Assembly: GCF_006345805.1 (NCBI RefSeq)
Contig: NC_042998.1
Location: forward strand, 65,720,001-65,784,000
Length of the DNA stretch: 64,000 nucleotides
Reading direction: 5' to 3'
Source of the DNA: Octopus sinensis
Taxonomy: Eukaryota
Below are positions 28,047 to 40,989 of this stretch, in pieces. Positions within the stretch are counted from its first letter, which is position 1; each line of letters begins with the position of its first letter. The notes under the pieces are model-generated. The model saw nothing but the letters and a program-made list of their open reading frames with translations. It had not been told where the DNA came from and did not search any database. Both the position numbers and the translations under genes were made by a program.

Positions 28047-29320
28047 ATGACTAACTTGCAGGCCTGCAACAGACGAAATTGGTCTGATAACGAAATTGAT
28101 GTTTTAATAAACACATGGCTCTCTCTTTCCAAACAGAAAATCTAATGTCTTGTGTTTGAATGAGATTGCCGAAAAACATCACAAGTGGTCAACACACACG
28201 ATCCGTCAAACAGATTCGTAGCAAGTTGAAACATATCGAAGTATCTTTCAAACTGATAAGAGGCCATTATGAAAAGCTTCTACATATTTTCACAGTTCAA
28301 GAACAACAACAGCTAGAAAATCAGCAGCCACAACAACAACACAACAGAATGAGCCACTCCTGGTTCCCGGCACAATGGCTGACCCTGACATCGGTCAGGC
28401 ACAACAACAACAACAACAGCCACAGCAACAAGAACAACAACAGCCACTCCTCAACTCTAGCTTACTAGACGATTCACTAAATGCCAGTATCTTTTCACCG
28501 CTCTCACAGCAACCACCACAATTATCATCATCATCATCACCACCGCTGCCACCATCGTCTTCTATCACCAAAAATACCAACAGAAAACCAAATAAGAAAC
28601 CACTGCCCTCTTCCCCCACATCACCACCTCAATACTACTGCAGTAACAAAAACTTAAAGAAACATAGGAAGCAGAATGCGCCCCCCACGGCTCAAACAAG
28701 AAATCCCCAAATATGCCGCTATTCACTGCGCCAGAGACTCTGCACAAATAGTGACTGCATCTTCACGCATCTACTACCCGCACTAGACGCACTACCGGCC
28801 AAGGCCAAAGCACGCATCCCACAATAACATCAACACCACCAATAGTAAATCGAAATTCAAAACACACACAACTCGGAGTCCCAAAATCTGCCGGTATTCC
28901 CAACGTGAGAGAACATGTCTACTGAGTGACTGTCCCTTCACTCATCTTCCAGGGACCCAACGCACAACGGAAACGGGGCCTCAAGCCAACACACAAACCT
29001 GAATAACAATAAAAATAGAAACACACCATGCTGCAGTAATGCTGGTCCAGTCTTTTCAGGAAGACACAAAAACAACAACAACAAAGTGGAACTACTACAA
29101 CCCTATCCAACAGTGCAACCACACCTCCAGCCAAAAACTGCTCCCTAAGCAGGAAAATTCTTTTTTAGCCATGTTGAACATGGCAAAAGAGATACACAAA
29201 AACATTCTAGCCATCACTCAACACCATCCTATGCTATTACCCCAGTGCACCATTCCCCACATTGCTGCCACTAACACACAAAAAAATCCAAGCCCCTTGC
29301 AACAGTCAAAACCAGCCACT
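28047..29320 (+). pseudogene. LINE ORF1 (frameshifted): Myb/SANT-like N-terminus, poly-Q, S/P-rich linker, two CCCH zinc fingers
   Basis: MTNLQACNRRNWSDNEIDVLIKHM...LNEIAEKHH...RSVKQIRSKLKHI, then CRYSLRQRLCTNSDCIFTH and CRYSQRERTCLLSDCPFTH (C-x8-C-x4-C-x3-H). Joining the pieces requires frameshifts. Confidence 0.7.
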
Positions 29321-32301
29321 ACACTAACCTCCACATTCCTACTCAATGCACAAGGTGTCAGCCCTTCCATCAATGCACAAAAATGGAAGGTCCAATTCAT
29401 TGAAGACTGGGTTGGTAACAATTCACACCACACCACATCCTTCTTCATTCTCACTGAGACCCCACCTTGACAACTCCCACTTGGAAGCCGAAGTGAGAGT
29501 GAAGAATTTCACAACCATCCGCGCGGATCGTATCGGCAGGAGGAAGGGTGGAACTGCCATTTTCCTGCATGATTCATTTACGGCAGATGGAAATAGTATA
29601 TTCTCCAACGGCTACTGTGAATCAGTCACCGTGCACAACAAAGCCAATGACCTGACAGTAATTGAGCTCTATAGGCCGCCCCAAACACCCATACTGTGCT
29701 TTAAAGAATGCCTCAACAGCATTAAGTGCTTTATTCAACAGTGCCATTCTAGCAACATACTCATGATGGGAGACTTCAATCTACCCTGTGTTGACTGGAC
29801 TACAAACTGTTTGAAACCAAGCACTCCCGCCTCAACCGCTGACAAAGAAGCAGCAGAGTCACTTTTCGACTTTACGAATGAGTTTTTCTTGTCCCAACTT
29901 GTCCTTGCACCAACAAGACATCAGAACATTTTGGACCTAGTGTTTAGTAACCACACTAACACTATACATAACGTTACAGTGGAAAAAACCCTTCTTTCAG
30001 ACCATGACATGGTTCTCTGTAACATGAAATTCCACCAGCCGAAAGCTAATCCTAGTGACCTTCCTCCAGCCCACCCATTTGACAACATGGATCTCCATAA
30101 AGCCAACTGGGATGCAATCAGGAACGAGCTATCAAATGTTGACTGGTCCTTTACACATACACACATCTCCACCAACCATAAAACATCTTGGCAGATCTTT
30201 GTAGACACCGTCACAGACATATGTGCAAAACACTCCCCACCAAGACCTGTGAACAAAAAGTGCAGAATCCCCCAAAAAGAAAAACCTTTATCAGAAAATA
30301 AAAAGAACAAACAAAAAAATTAACAAACTAAAGTACTGCCAACAGCAACACACACATTCGACGGCTATCGCACTGCTTGAATCCAAAAAATCAGATAATC
30401 CAAAAAATCAATAACCAAAGATCAGCTGAGGAGAAGTGGGCCATTGAAAAAATCAAACTCAACCCCAAAGTGTTCTTTTCATTTGCGAGGAAACGCAGGG
30501 TCACTGTCTCCACTGTAGGCCCTCTAATTGACGAAACTGGCACTCTCCAAGATAATGCCAAATCCATGGCCGAGATACTGCAGAAACAATACTGCTCTGT
30601 TTTCAGCAATCCTGATATGGCCGATCTGGGCTGTATCAGTGATGTCAACCCCCAACACACTATATCGGACATAACGTTTAGTGCCCCTGATGTCTTAGCG
30701 GCGATAAAAGAAATAAAACACAATTCAGCAGTAGGCCCCGATAGTTTCCCTGCTTGTGTCCTGAAGGTGTGTCGACACCAACTTGCATCTCCCCTTGCTA
30801 ATCTGTGGAGAAACTCACTGGATGCTGGCTATATTCCAAAAAACCTTCTGTCCCAGTCTGTTGTCCCAGTTTTCAAAAAGGGAAACAAGTCCCTTGGTAC
30901 AGTGATTACCGTCCGATCTCACTCACCTCTCATATCATCAAGGTATTTGAGAGGGTGGTGAGATCTCGAATAACCCAATTTCTGGAAAGCAACAGACGGC
31001 TGATCTCCAACCAACATGGGTTCCGTAATGGAAGGGACTGCCTAACGCAGCTCCTGCATCACTTTGAGGACATTTTAGAGCTTTGGGAGAGGGCTCCAAC
31101 ACCGATGTCATCATCTACCTTGATTTCAGTAAGGCCTTCGACAGGGTCGATCACAAGATCCTATTGAAAAAACTATCCAACATTGGTGTCTCTGGAAAGT
31201 TACTGAAATGGATTAAGTGTTTCCTGACAGACAGATCTCAACATGTTGTAGTTGAAGGGGTAAAATCAAGCCCAGCCAAAGTCAGTAGTGGCGTTCCGCA
31301 AGGCACTGTGCTGGGCCCACTTCTTTTCATCATTTACATTAATGACATTAATGACATCATCAAGCACAGCAACATAAAAATCTTTGCAGATGACTCCAAG
31401 CTACAGAAGGTCATAAATGAGGCGAGTGACCGGACATGCCTTCAGTCAGATCTACTGGCTGTTATCCAATGGGCAGAAAAAAACAATATGCTGCTGAACG
31501 AGGATAAATTTGAGCTAATCCACTTTGGAAAAGAGGATGCCCTGAAACTCCCAACTCCCTTCCTTCAGGTGAAACTCTCGCGGCGTCCAACAACATCAGA
31601 GACTTGGGAGTAACTGTGGACAACAACGTAAGCTGGGCCACTCATATAAACACAAAGTTGACATGGCCCGCAGAATGTGTTCCTGGATTCTCAGAACTTT
31701 CCAGTCGAGAGATATCCACACCATTATCCTTCTCTTCTCCACTTTTGCCCGACCCCACCTTGAATACTGTTGTCCACTGTGGTCTCCCCACACAATACAA
31801 GGTATCATAAAAGTTGAAGCACCTCAAAGGGCAATCACAAAAAAGATAGATGGCATGACAGCCTCGACTATTGGGGTCGACTAGAAAAGCTAAAACTCTA
31901 TTCTCTCCAACGTCGTCGTGAGCGCTACATCATCTGCATGATGTGGAAAATATTCCATCAGCATTGCCCAAATGATGTTGGCATCACCTTTAAGGTACAT
32001 CCAAGGCTTGGGCCCCGTGCCATCCGCCCAAAACAAAATCGCACTCTCATCTCATAACAACAAACGGCACAATTATTTCACCTCAATTGGCCCCGCTCTC
32101 TTTAACATTACACCAAAACACATTAAAACAGAAACTGACCCTATAGGTTTCAAGAAGTCTTTGGACAGATTCCTTCAAGAAATCCCGGATAAACCCCCTA
32201 CACCCGGATATGTCTCTGTAAACAATAACTCTCTACTTGAGTGGGCCATAGTGCCCAAATTCTGTCTTGAAAGACTTCACCAGGTGGTGCTATTAAGTTA
32301 G
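29320..32301 (+). pseudogene. LINE ORF2, APE endonuclease plus reverse transcriptase (frameshifted as assembled)
   Basis: Successive ORF-track pieces 29039-29470, 29346-30323, 30377-30961, 30805-31167, 31083-31613, 31604-31884 and 31972-32301 join into one colinear EN-RT. Confidence 0.93.
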
Positions 32302-32356
32302 ACATGGCCTGGGCCAATAATGGCCGAAACCTATCAAAGTATCAAAGTGTCAAAGT

Positions 32357-32489
32357 ATGTATGTGTATGTATATATATATATGTATATATAAATATATAT
32401 GAATATGTATGTGTATGTATATATATAAATATATATGTACGTGTATGTATATATATATATTGTGTGTATGTATATATATATATGTAAAC

Positions 32490-32520
<31 letters not shown>

Positions 32521-32674
32521 TAATATATGAATATGTCTGTGTATATATGTATATATAGATATAAATATATATGAATATGTATGTGTATATATGTATATAT
32601 ATATAATATATATGAATATGTATGTGTATATATATATATACATATATATTTATAGGTGCATATATATAAATGAC

Positions 32675-32713
<39 letters not shown>

Positions 32714-32861
32714 AAATATATTTGTAGGTGCATATTTATATGTATATATATATATCAATATATATATATTTATTGGTATATATATATATATATGAATATG
32801 TATGTGTATATATAAATATATATATTTATAGGTGCATATATATATGAATATGTATGTGTGA

Positions 32862-32900
<39 letters not shown>
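32357..32900. repeat. Minisatellite/microsatellite, right flank of the LINE
   Basis: Same unit as 27171-27711. Confidence 0.92.
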
Positions 32901-32901
<1 letters not shown>

Positions 32902-33947
32902 GTTTGTGTGTGCGTGCGCATGCGCGCGCGTTTGTGGTGAAGTGATTTTCGTTTATGCATGTTTTATTGAATTCACAAATACACGACAACTTTTACGTTT
33001 TATATTCCAAATTTGAGATTTCCGTATTAGTTTTTTCAGTTAGTTAGGAATTTGAGTGCTGATGCTAGAGGCTAATGGTACAAACAAAACTGTTGGAGGA
33101 AGGTCTACGTAAATTTAATGACTATATACGAAGTAACATAAATTTCAAATATTCGCAATTCGGTATTTTGAAAACGAAATTGTGAGGCTGCAAAAGACTA
33201 GATACATCGGATATAGATTTGGATACATAACTATTTAAAACCAAATGTAAAGAAAACCTGTCGAAATATGAAAAACCTAATGTAAATAAATGAGTTGAAC
33301 ATTGGATATTTAATAAAACATCCATAAGTGTACGCGTGTATGAGTGTGCACGTCTGTGTGCTTGCGCCTGTGCGGGTGTGTGTCCGTGAGTGTAAGTATG
33401 CATATATGTGTGTGTGTTAGAGAGAGAAGAGAAATATAGTTGTAGATAGATAGAGAAATTGAAAGACAGAGAGAGAGAAAGAGAGAGACCTAGATTAGTG
33501 TGTTAAAGAAAAGAAAGTGGCAGTTAACACATTTGTTAGGAGTTTATTATATTTTTTAATAACAGTTGCATGCATGTTATTGTTTCAATACACGGTTTCA
33601 CATCAAGAATCTTGCAAAACGAATATAATAACGTTACACACACAAATATATATGCATGTACGTGTGCGTTACGTTTATATATTCGTTTTGCCAGATTCTA
33701 AAATACCGAGATACCTTACATAAGATTGAATCAACTGACATTCGAGAAGTATATTCAGTGACATCTGAAAGCACATGTACATTTTGCTGTCAGCCTGATA
33801 TTTAATGCTGCGATTTAGCCGTACATAAATATATCTATGCTGCGAGTCGGTCATAAATTATTAATAGCTGTGACTATACGTACTTACACACATACATACA
33901 TACACGCACATACGTACACACACGCACACACACACACACACACACAT

Positions 33948-34090
<143 letters not shown>

Positions 34091-35140
34091 GTACTCTTCC
34101 GTGACAGAAAATTCAACAAAAAATGTATTCCATCTGGTTGCAGAGCATATGTATTAATATATTTTGAAGAATTGGAAAATTTCGCTTATTGCTGACTAAC
34201 TTGATATCTTTCCAAACTTATCATTTAAGGTCTAAGGAGGATATCTCATTTGCCTATTTACTTTTTATTTTTTACAGTTTATTTTTTTGTGGTTTCGCTT
34301 TCGTTTTACGTTTTTAACTTTCTGCGTTTTCTATATGCTGCCATCTTAGTTTTCTCACGTTTCTTCTATTCAGTTTTTTTAGTTCATTATAATGTATGGT
34401 CGAAAACTATTTGTAGTGCTTACATGCTTGCGTTGTTCCCTTTAAATATATATGTCTATATGCTCATATATTCCTACATATATATATAAATATATTTTAT
34501 TTCAAAGCAGGAAAAATACAACAAAAACTGTTACTCAGAATCCCACATTTCTGTTCGTCTCTATATATTATAAACGCGGAATTCTAACCCTACGTCCATC
34601 CAGAATATTTGTGTATCAGTCTATGTTTGTTCCTCATAGATATATTAAGCTTCCTTGGATACAAGATGATCCCGGGGTTGTACACCTGCCCTAAATTTGG
34701 TTTTTTAACAGCCACCAGTGGGATTAGGTCTGGATGAGGATTTATCATATGCTAACAGTTGAAAAGTCATCTTTTAAAACATCTCCAAAAATGTGTGAAC
34801 CTAGACGTTTCTCCTTTAGAATGAATAGAAACTAAGGCAAAATTGGTGAGGTAGTACCATACTGGTTGTGTACCAATAAAAGCTTTATTATTATTACTGT
34901 CTTCAAATTCGGGCTGCAGGCCCACTAGGAAGAAGAATAAAAGTCGGCACGAAGTGCGGTTTTTGAGCAAGTTATCAATATAAGAAAACATAAAGAAATA
35001 CATGCACACACACACATATACAGAAACAAACACATACACGCACATATTCACATACATATAAATATACACATATATGAGGTAGAAACGATGCAAAATAACA
35101 ATAAACATAAGGGGTATTAGTCTAGAAAATGGATAAATTA

Positions 35141-35175
35141 CTTGACGTTTCGAACCTACGCCCTACAACAAAAAG
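35141..35175 (-). ncRNA. Decayed hammerhead motif of the 54259/62228 family
   Basis: The reverse complement reads ttTTGTTGTagggcgtaggttcGAAACGTcaag; the core is mutated relative to ctgttgaagagcgtaggctcgaaacgt. Confidence 0.4.
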
Positions 35176-35610
35176 AAAGGAAAAACAAATGTGGAGGGGA
35201 ATAATCATGGGGACAAAAAAAACGTGCTTGGATTTAGGTTTGCACAGGTTGAACTAATAGCAAGAATTAATTCGTTGTAGAAGTGGGTGGCAATGTAGAT
35301 AACAGTGACATAATTAGAATGTGCCATATTGAAGCATGTGTGTGTCTGTATAATATATATGTTTGTATAAAGGTGTGTCTAGGCCAGCGTGCTCACGTGT
35401 GTATTTGTGTGGTCATGTATGTGCGTGATTAGGAAAATTATGTGAGCGTGTGTATATATGTTTTTGTGGAATTGCGCATGTTAATGTATTTACGTGAACA
35501 AGTACTGCGTTAGTGTGAAAAGATATATAAGTGTGCGTTCTGTGTTTTTATGTGTGTGTGATTGTTACTGCTCGTGTGTATATATGTGTATATACTTGAG
35601 ACAATGTACA

Positions 35611-35652
<42 letters not shown>

Positions 35653-36529
35653 ATTTGTGTGTGTGTGTGTTTGTGTGTGTTCCTATTACTTTATTTACTG
35701 ATTGATTTTTCAAAATGTTAATTTGCAATTATTATACCAATGTATTTTCATGCTGAACTACACGTTGTCAAAAACACCCTCCAAAATTGAATGTTTGAAA
35801 GGGATATATTTTAAATATAACTCACAGAGGAGAGAAAGAAAGAAAGGAGGAAAAATGAAAGAAGAAAAAGTAGTAAGGGGAAAGAAAGAAAGATTTCCTG
35901 TGGTGACTAAAACACCAGCTTTTGATTTTTTAATTATATTTTTTATTTCTTTCTATTATATTTTTTACAATGGTAAAGGGAAAAAATGGTGAATAGGAAA
36001 GAGGATACCCCTTCTCTCTCTTATTCTCTACCCGTCTCTCTATCTGTCTGACTATCTGTCTATCTATCCATCTGTCTCTCTATCTATCACTCTATATACA
36101 TACCTATATCTCTATCTATCCATTTCCATTGTTTTGGAATCTCACCCCAAACAACAAAAACAATGTTCTCTTCTAAATAAAACACCCCCAAAGCATCTGT
36201 TTTCTATAAATGAACAAGCTGTTTGTACATTCACAATATTGCATTTGACAAGTGCTTGAGAGAAACGAAAACACTAATAATAATGAAGAAATAATAGTAT
36301 TTTTTCCAAATTTCTGACGACTTTCTTTCTCAACATATATATATATACATATATATATATATAGATGGTCTGTCACTAGCTTAATGGGTCTCTTCCAGGA
36401 AAGGTAATAATGCTACCGCTATTTAACTCCAGGAAACCTCGTTTCCAGTTGGCTATGAGACACAAGCGTTCTGTTTCTTTAAGTTTCCATACAGGGTAGA
36501 TAAGCTCCTCCCCTCAGTGAAGCCAACAC

Positions 36530-36570
36530 CCAGAAACTAGTTTCAGAGCTATTGCTCTTCATCAGCCTGG
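36530..36570 (-). ncRNA. Minimal type I hammerhead ribozyme with intact core
   Basis: Reverse complement: ccagg-CTGATGA-AGAGC aata GCTCT-GAAAC ta GTT-tctgg. Perfect 5-bp stem II, palindromic stem III (ACTAGT), 5-bp stem I with one G.U pair, cleavage triplet GUU. Confidence 0.8.
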
Positions 36571-36904
36571 AGTAGCTTAGCGTTCAACGTTTTCAAACGT
36601 TCTTTCATATATATTTTCACTCGCGAGGTACCTTACAGCTTTGCTGGGTTATATATATATATATATATATAGATATATATATATACATATATATATATAT
36701 ATTATATATATATTATGTGAAATAGAAAGATGAATAATCTTGTAGTAGATTAATCAAAAGTTTAACCGATACCTTAGTAGCAAAAATCACAGCAGTAAAC
36801 AGCACGGTTGGAGGTATAACCATCTGGCGTTGCAACCGTGCGTTGGTGCGGATAATTGAAATTAAAACGGATTTCAACGGATTTCCAACGGATTTCCTTT
36901 TTTC

Positions 36905-36984
36905 TTCCTGAAGAGAAAGACACAATATGGTCCCATTATTCAATCGGATTTTGGTAATTTGTGCCTTTCGAAACACGTGTAGAA
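36905..36984 (+). ncRNA. Type I hammerhead ribozyme with an extended stem II
   Basis: ttc-CTGAAGA-GAAAGACACAA...(33 nt)...TTGTGCCTTTC-GAAAC acgt GTA-gaa. 11-bp stem II with one mismatch, palindromic stem III ACACGTGT, cleavage triplet GUA. Confidence 0.8.
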
Positions 36985-37047
36985 TGAAATAAAACGATTT
37001 CTGTTCAATCTGCGTTCAGCTCCATTTCTTCAATTCACCAATAATGT

Positions 37048-37120
<73 letters not shown>

Positions 37121-37641
37121 TATATATATGGATATTGAGCTTCTATTTATACATGTGTATTCTTCCTCAAGCATTCAAAATCAATGCTCTTGTTGCTGGA
37201 ACGATTCTTTCATTTAAAGACATTTACCAGCCGAAATAAGCATTGATATCGATTGGCTGACGAAGTATACACATGGAATTAAAAATGATCCAGATGCATC
37301 AATATATTATAAATAATACTTAATTTTATCCTATGGATGTTAGAAAATAATCGCAAAAGAACACGTGATATGCTGAAACATATGTTGCTATATATAAATA
37401 ATGCATAAACATCTCCATACACAAATCAAGTTCGCTTCTATTACACTTGTCCTGGGTTTTAAATGAGTTCCGCATAGATAACTACTCATAGGAATAGTCT
37501 TCAAGATGGGAAATACAGAGGATAGCCGGCACTAAGGAGTATAGGAGACTTTAAGAGTTCTTTCTAAGGTAAGGTATATGCCGTAAAAAAACTGAAAGAA
37601 TATAATATGTGTGTGTGAGTGTGTGAATATATATATATTCT

Positions 37642-37686
<45 letters not shown>

Positions 37687-38799
37687 TTATATGCATATGT
37701 ATATGTAGATATTGTCTATAGTATAATATTGTATATAGTTCTGTTATCTTCTAATGAGGAATTATTGTGCCAGATTGTAATTACATTCTCGACATATAAC
37801 ATGGATTAATATCTCAGTGTATATGATATCCTCTGGAAATGCTTCCTACACAATTTTGTCGTCAATATGTATTAAGAAAATTAAAATAGCTTTACTTTTC
37901 TCATTATACCTACTTACATTTCATCCCTGTCTTAATGTTTATCTATTTTATAGATAAAAGATGCCTGATTTCAATGCATTTTTGTATTCTTGTTAATATG
38001 AGACAATAACATTATTACAATTACATATATACCTATTGTTAGTTCTTCAATTTTGGAAGATGTTTGGCAGTTTTTTCTTTAGTTTATTTCATTTTATTGG
38101 ATTCATTTCCATTTTGCTATTTTCCAATAATTTTAAATAATGTTCAGTTTCGCTGTGTATTGAACAAAGGAAATATACTTAGAAGCAGCGACTGCAAAAG
38201 AAATTTCTAAACAAATACATCAATAACACATAAATCTCCCACCAAGACTTATTTTATGAATAGAATTACTTCCAGAATTAAATATTCCGTTTTTTTTAAA
38301 TTTAAATAAGTTTCATTGAAATTTCATGAAACGATTTTTTAAACGACGTGTTTTCACTTTTCATTTTCGGTATTCAAACCTGTATAATATAATTTCTTCT
38401 GTCGTTAATATTTTACTTTTTACAAATGAGAACGTTCTATCTTGAATTAAAACGTGCTGAACATGTTTGTATTAAAATGGCGTATTCCCTAAGATATTCT
38501 AACTGATTATTTAGAGAAGAATTGAATACATGGTAATCTATGTACCCTAATCTCCTAATGACTATTTTTCTTCAACACAATTCTGCTTAAATTTATGTAA
38601 CATAGAACTGAGTAGCCAACAATTTTAGTCATATGGATTCTCCTAACCCATGAGATAATCATGTCAATTATAGCACTCATGACTGACATAGAGTACTTCT
38701 CTGGTAAAGAAAGAAATAACGATCACTAACTGCCCCCTGCTGTGTTGCAGTTCTTTCACCGAAGAATGAATCTCGTAAAACTGTCTTTCTTCTTCTTCG

Positions 38800-38870
38800 G
38801 CCCCTGCTGCTGCTACTACTACTACTACTACTAACTACTACTACTACTACTACTATACTACTACTACTAC

Positions 38871-38922
<52 letters not shown>

Positions 38923-38923
38923 G

Positions 38924-38965
<42 letters not shown>

Positions 38966-38968
38966 TAA
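38800..38968. repeat. (CTG)(CTA)n(TAA)n trinucleotide array
   Basis: Directly visible; explains the poly-I/V/S ORF at 38677-39009. Confidence 0.95.
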
Positions 38969-38974
38969 TATGTA

Positions 38975-39160
38975 CCGGTAGAAGTGCTTAGTGGTATTTC
39001 GCCCGTCACTACGTTCTGAGTTCAAATTCCGCCAAGTTCGACTTTGACTGTCATTCTTTCGGGGTCGATAAATTAAATATACCAGCTGTGTGCTGGTGGT
39101 CGACGTAATCTACCGGCTGCCTCCTCAAAAGTTTCGGGCCTTGTGCTCAGAGTAGAAAAT
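38975..39160 (+). mobile_element. SINE family B, 5'-truncated
   Basis: gcttagtggtatttcgcccg...gagttcaaattccgcc...ggggtcgataaattaa...ggccttgtgctcagagtagaaa. Confidence 0.85.
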
Positions 39161-39257
39161 ATTATTTGATAGATTGCGAGGCGTGCATTACAATTAGTGT
39201 GAGAGGAAACAGCTAGCATAGGATGAATGACTGATATTAGGAAAGAGAAGAACAGAG

Positions 39258-39671
39258 TTATTCTTTACTTGTTTCAGTCGTTTAACTGCAGCTATGCTGG
39301 AGCACAACCTTTAATAAGGCAAATCGACCCCAGGATTTATTCTTTGGAAGCCTAGTACTTATTTTATCGGTCTTTTCTGCCGAACCGCTAGGTGACGGGA
39401 ACATAAACACACCAGCATTGGTTGTCAAGCAATGCTAGGGCGACGAACACAGACACACAAACACACACACAGGCATACATACATACATATATATGTATAT
39501 ATATATATATATATATGATGGGCTTCTTTCAGTTTCCATCTGCCAAATCCACTCACAAGACTTTGGTTGGCCCGAGGCTATAGTAAAAGTCACTTACCCA
39601 AGATGCCACGCAGTGGGACTGAACCCGGAACCATGTGGTTAGTAAGCAAGCTACTTACCACACGGCCACTC
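39258..39671 (-). mobile_element. Full-length SINE family A with an internal microsatellite
   Basis: Head at 39520-39671, (CA)/(TA) middle and tail at 39258-39460; the reverse complement is colinear with 46891-47316. Confidence 0.9.
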
Positions 39672-39674
39672 GAT

Positions 39675-39803
39675 TTATGTATATATATATGTATGTATAT
39701 ATGTAAATATATGTATATGTATATATATGTATATATGTGTGTATATATGTATATGTATATATATGTATATATGTGTGTATATATGTATATGTATATATAT
39801 GTA

Positions 39804-39846
<43 letters not shown>

Positions 39847-40559
39847 GTACATATATGTATATATATGTATATGTATATATATGTATATGTATATATATCT
39901 ATATGTATATGTATGTATATGTACATATATGTATATGTATGTATATGTACATATATGTATATGTGTGTATATGTGCATATATGTATATGTATGTATGTAT
40001 ATATATTTGTATGTATGAATATATATATATGTTATATGTGTATATATATATATGTGTATTTGTACGTATATATATATATATATATGTGTATATGTACGTA
40101 TATATATATATAAATATGTATATATATATGTATATGTATATATATGTATATGTGTATGTATATGTATATATATGTATATGTATGTATATATATTTGTATG
40201 TATGAATATATATATATGTATGTATATGTACATATATGTATATATATATGTGTATGTATATATATATATATGTGTATGTATATATATGTACATGTGTATG
40301 TATATATATGCATATGTGTATGTATATATATGTACATGTGTATGTATATATATGCATATGTGTATGTATATATATGTATATGTGTATGTATATATATGTA
40401 TATGTGTATGTATATATATATATATGTGTATATATATATATGTATATGTGTATGTATATATATATGTATATGTGTATGTATATATATGTATATATATATA
40501 TATGTATATGTGTATGTATATATATTCATATATGTATATGTGTATGTATATATATATGC

Positions 40560-40591
<32 letters not shown>

Positions 40592-40638
40592 GCATAATAT
40601 ATATGCATATATATACGTATATATATATGTATATGTTA

Positions 40639-40669
<31 letters not shown>

Positions 40670-40695
40670 ATATATGTATATATATATATGTATAT

Positions 40696-40778
<83 letters not shown>

Positions 40779-40815
40779 CATATATATATATATATATATA
40801 GGCATATATATATGT
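39675..40815. repeat. About 1.1 kb (ATATGT)/(TA) compound satellite
   Basis: Directly visible; the source of many overlapping YI/YM ORFs. Confidence 0.97.
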
Positions 40816-40989
40816 GTCTTCAAATACAAATAGTAGCATATATTCAAAAATGAAATTTAGCATTTATACAGGGACGAATACCATCCGCAGCATAGTAACA
40901 AATCGCATTTCATGTTTCCATATATACCCCTTTTATAAAGTATATATGATAAAGTTGTGTCCAAGAAAGTAGAATTCCTTTATTATTAA

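Larger units (their letters stand above)
27712..32356 (+). mobile_element. Near-full-length LINE retrotransposon (CR1/L2 group) with ORF1, APE-RT ORF2 and an (ATCAAAGT)n tail
   Basis: APE motifs (LNAQG, LTET/H, GGTAIF, YRPP, MGDFNLP, LDLVF, SDH) and RT motifs (YLDFSKAFDRVDH, GVPQGTVLGPLLF, FADDSK); the 3' end is atcaaagt-atcaaagt-gtcaaagt. Confidence 0.95.

Noticed and set aside
34847-34872. let-7 microRNA gene
   Set aside because: There is a 7-nt insertion within the mature sequence and no precursor hairpin; kept only as a possible target site.
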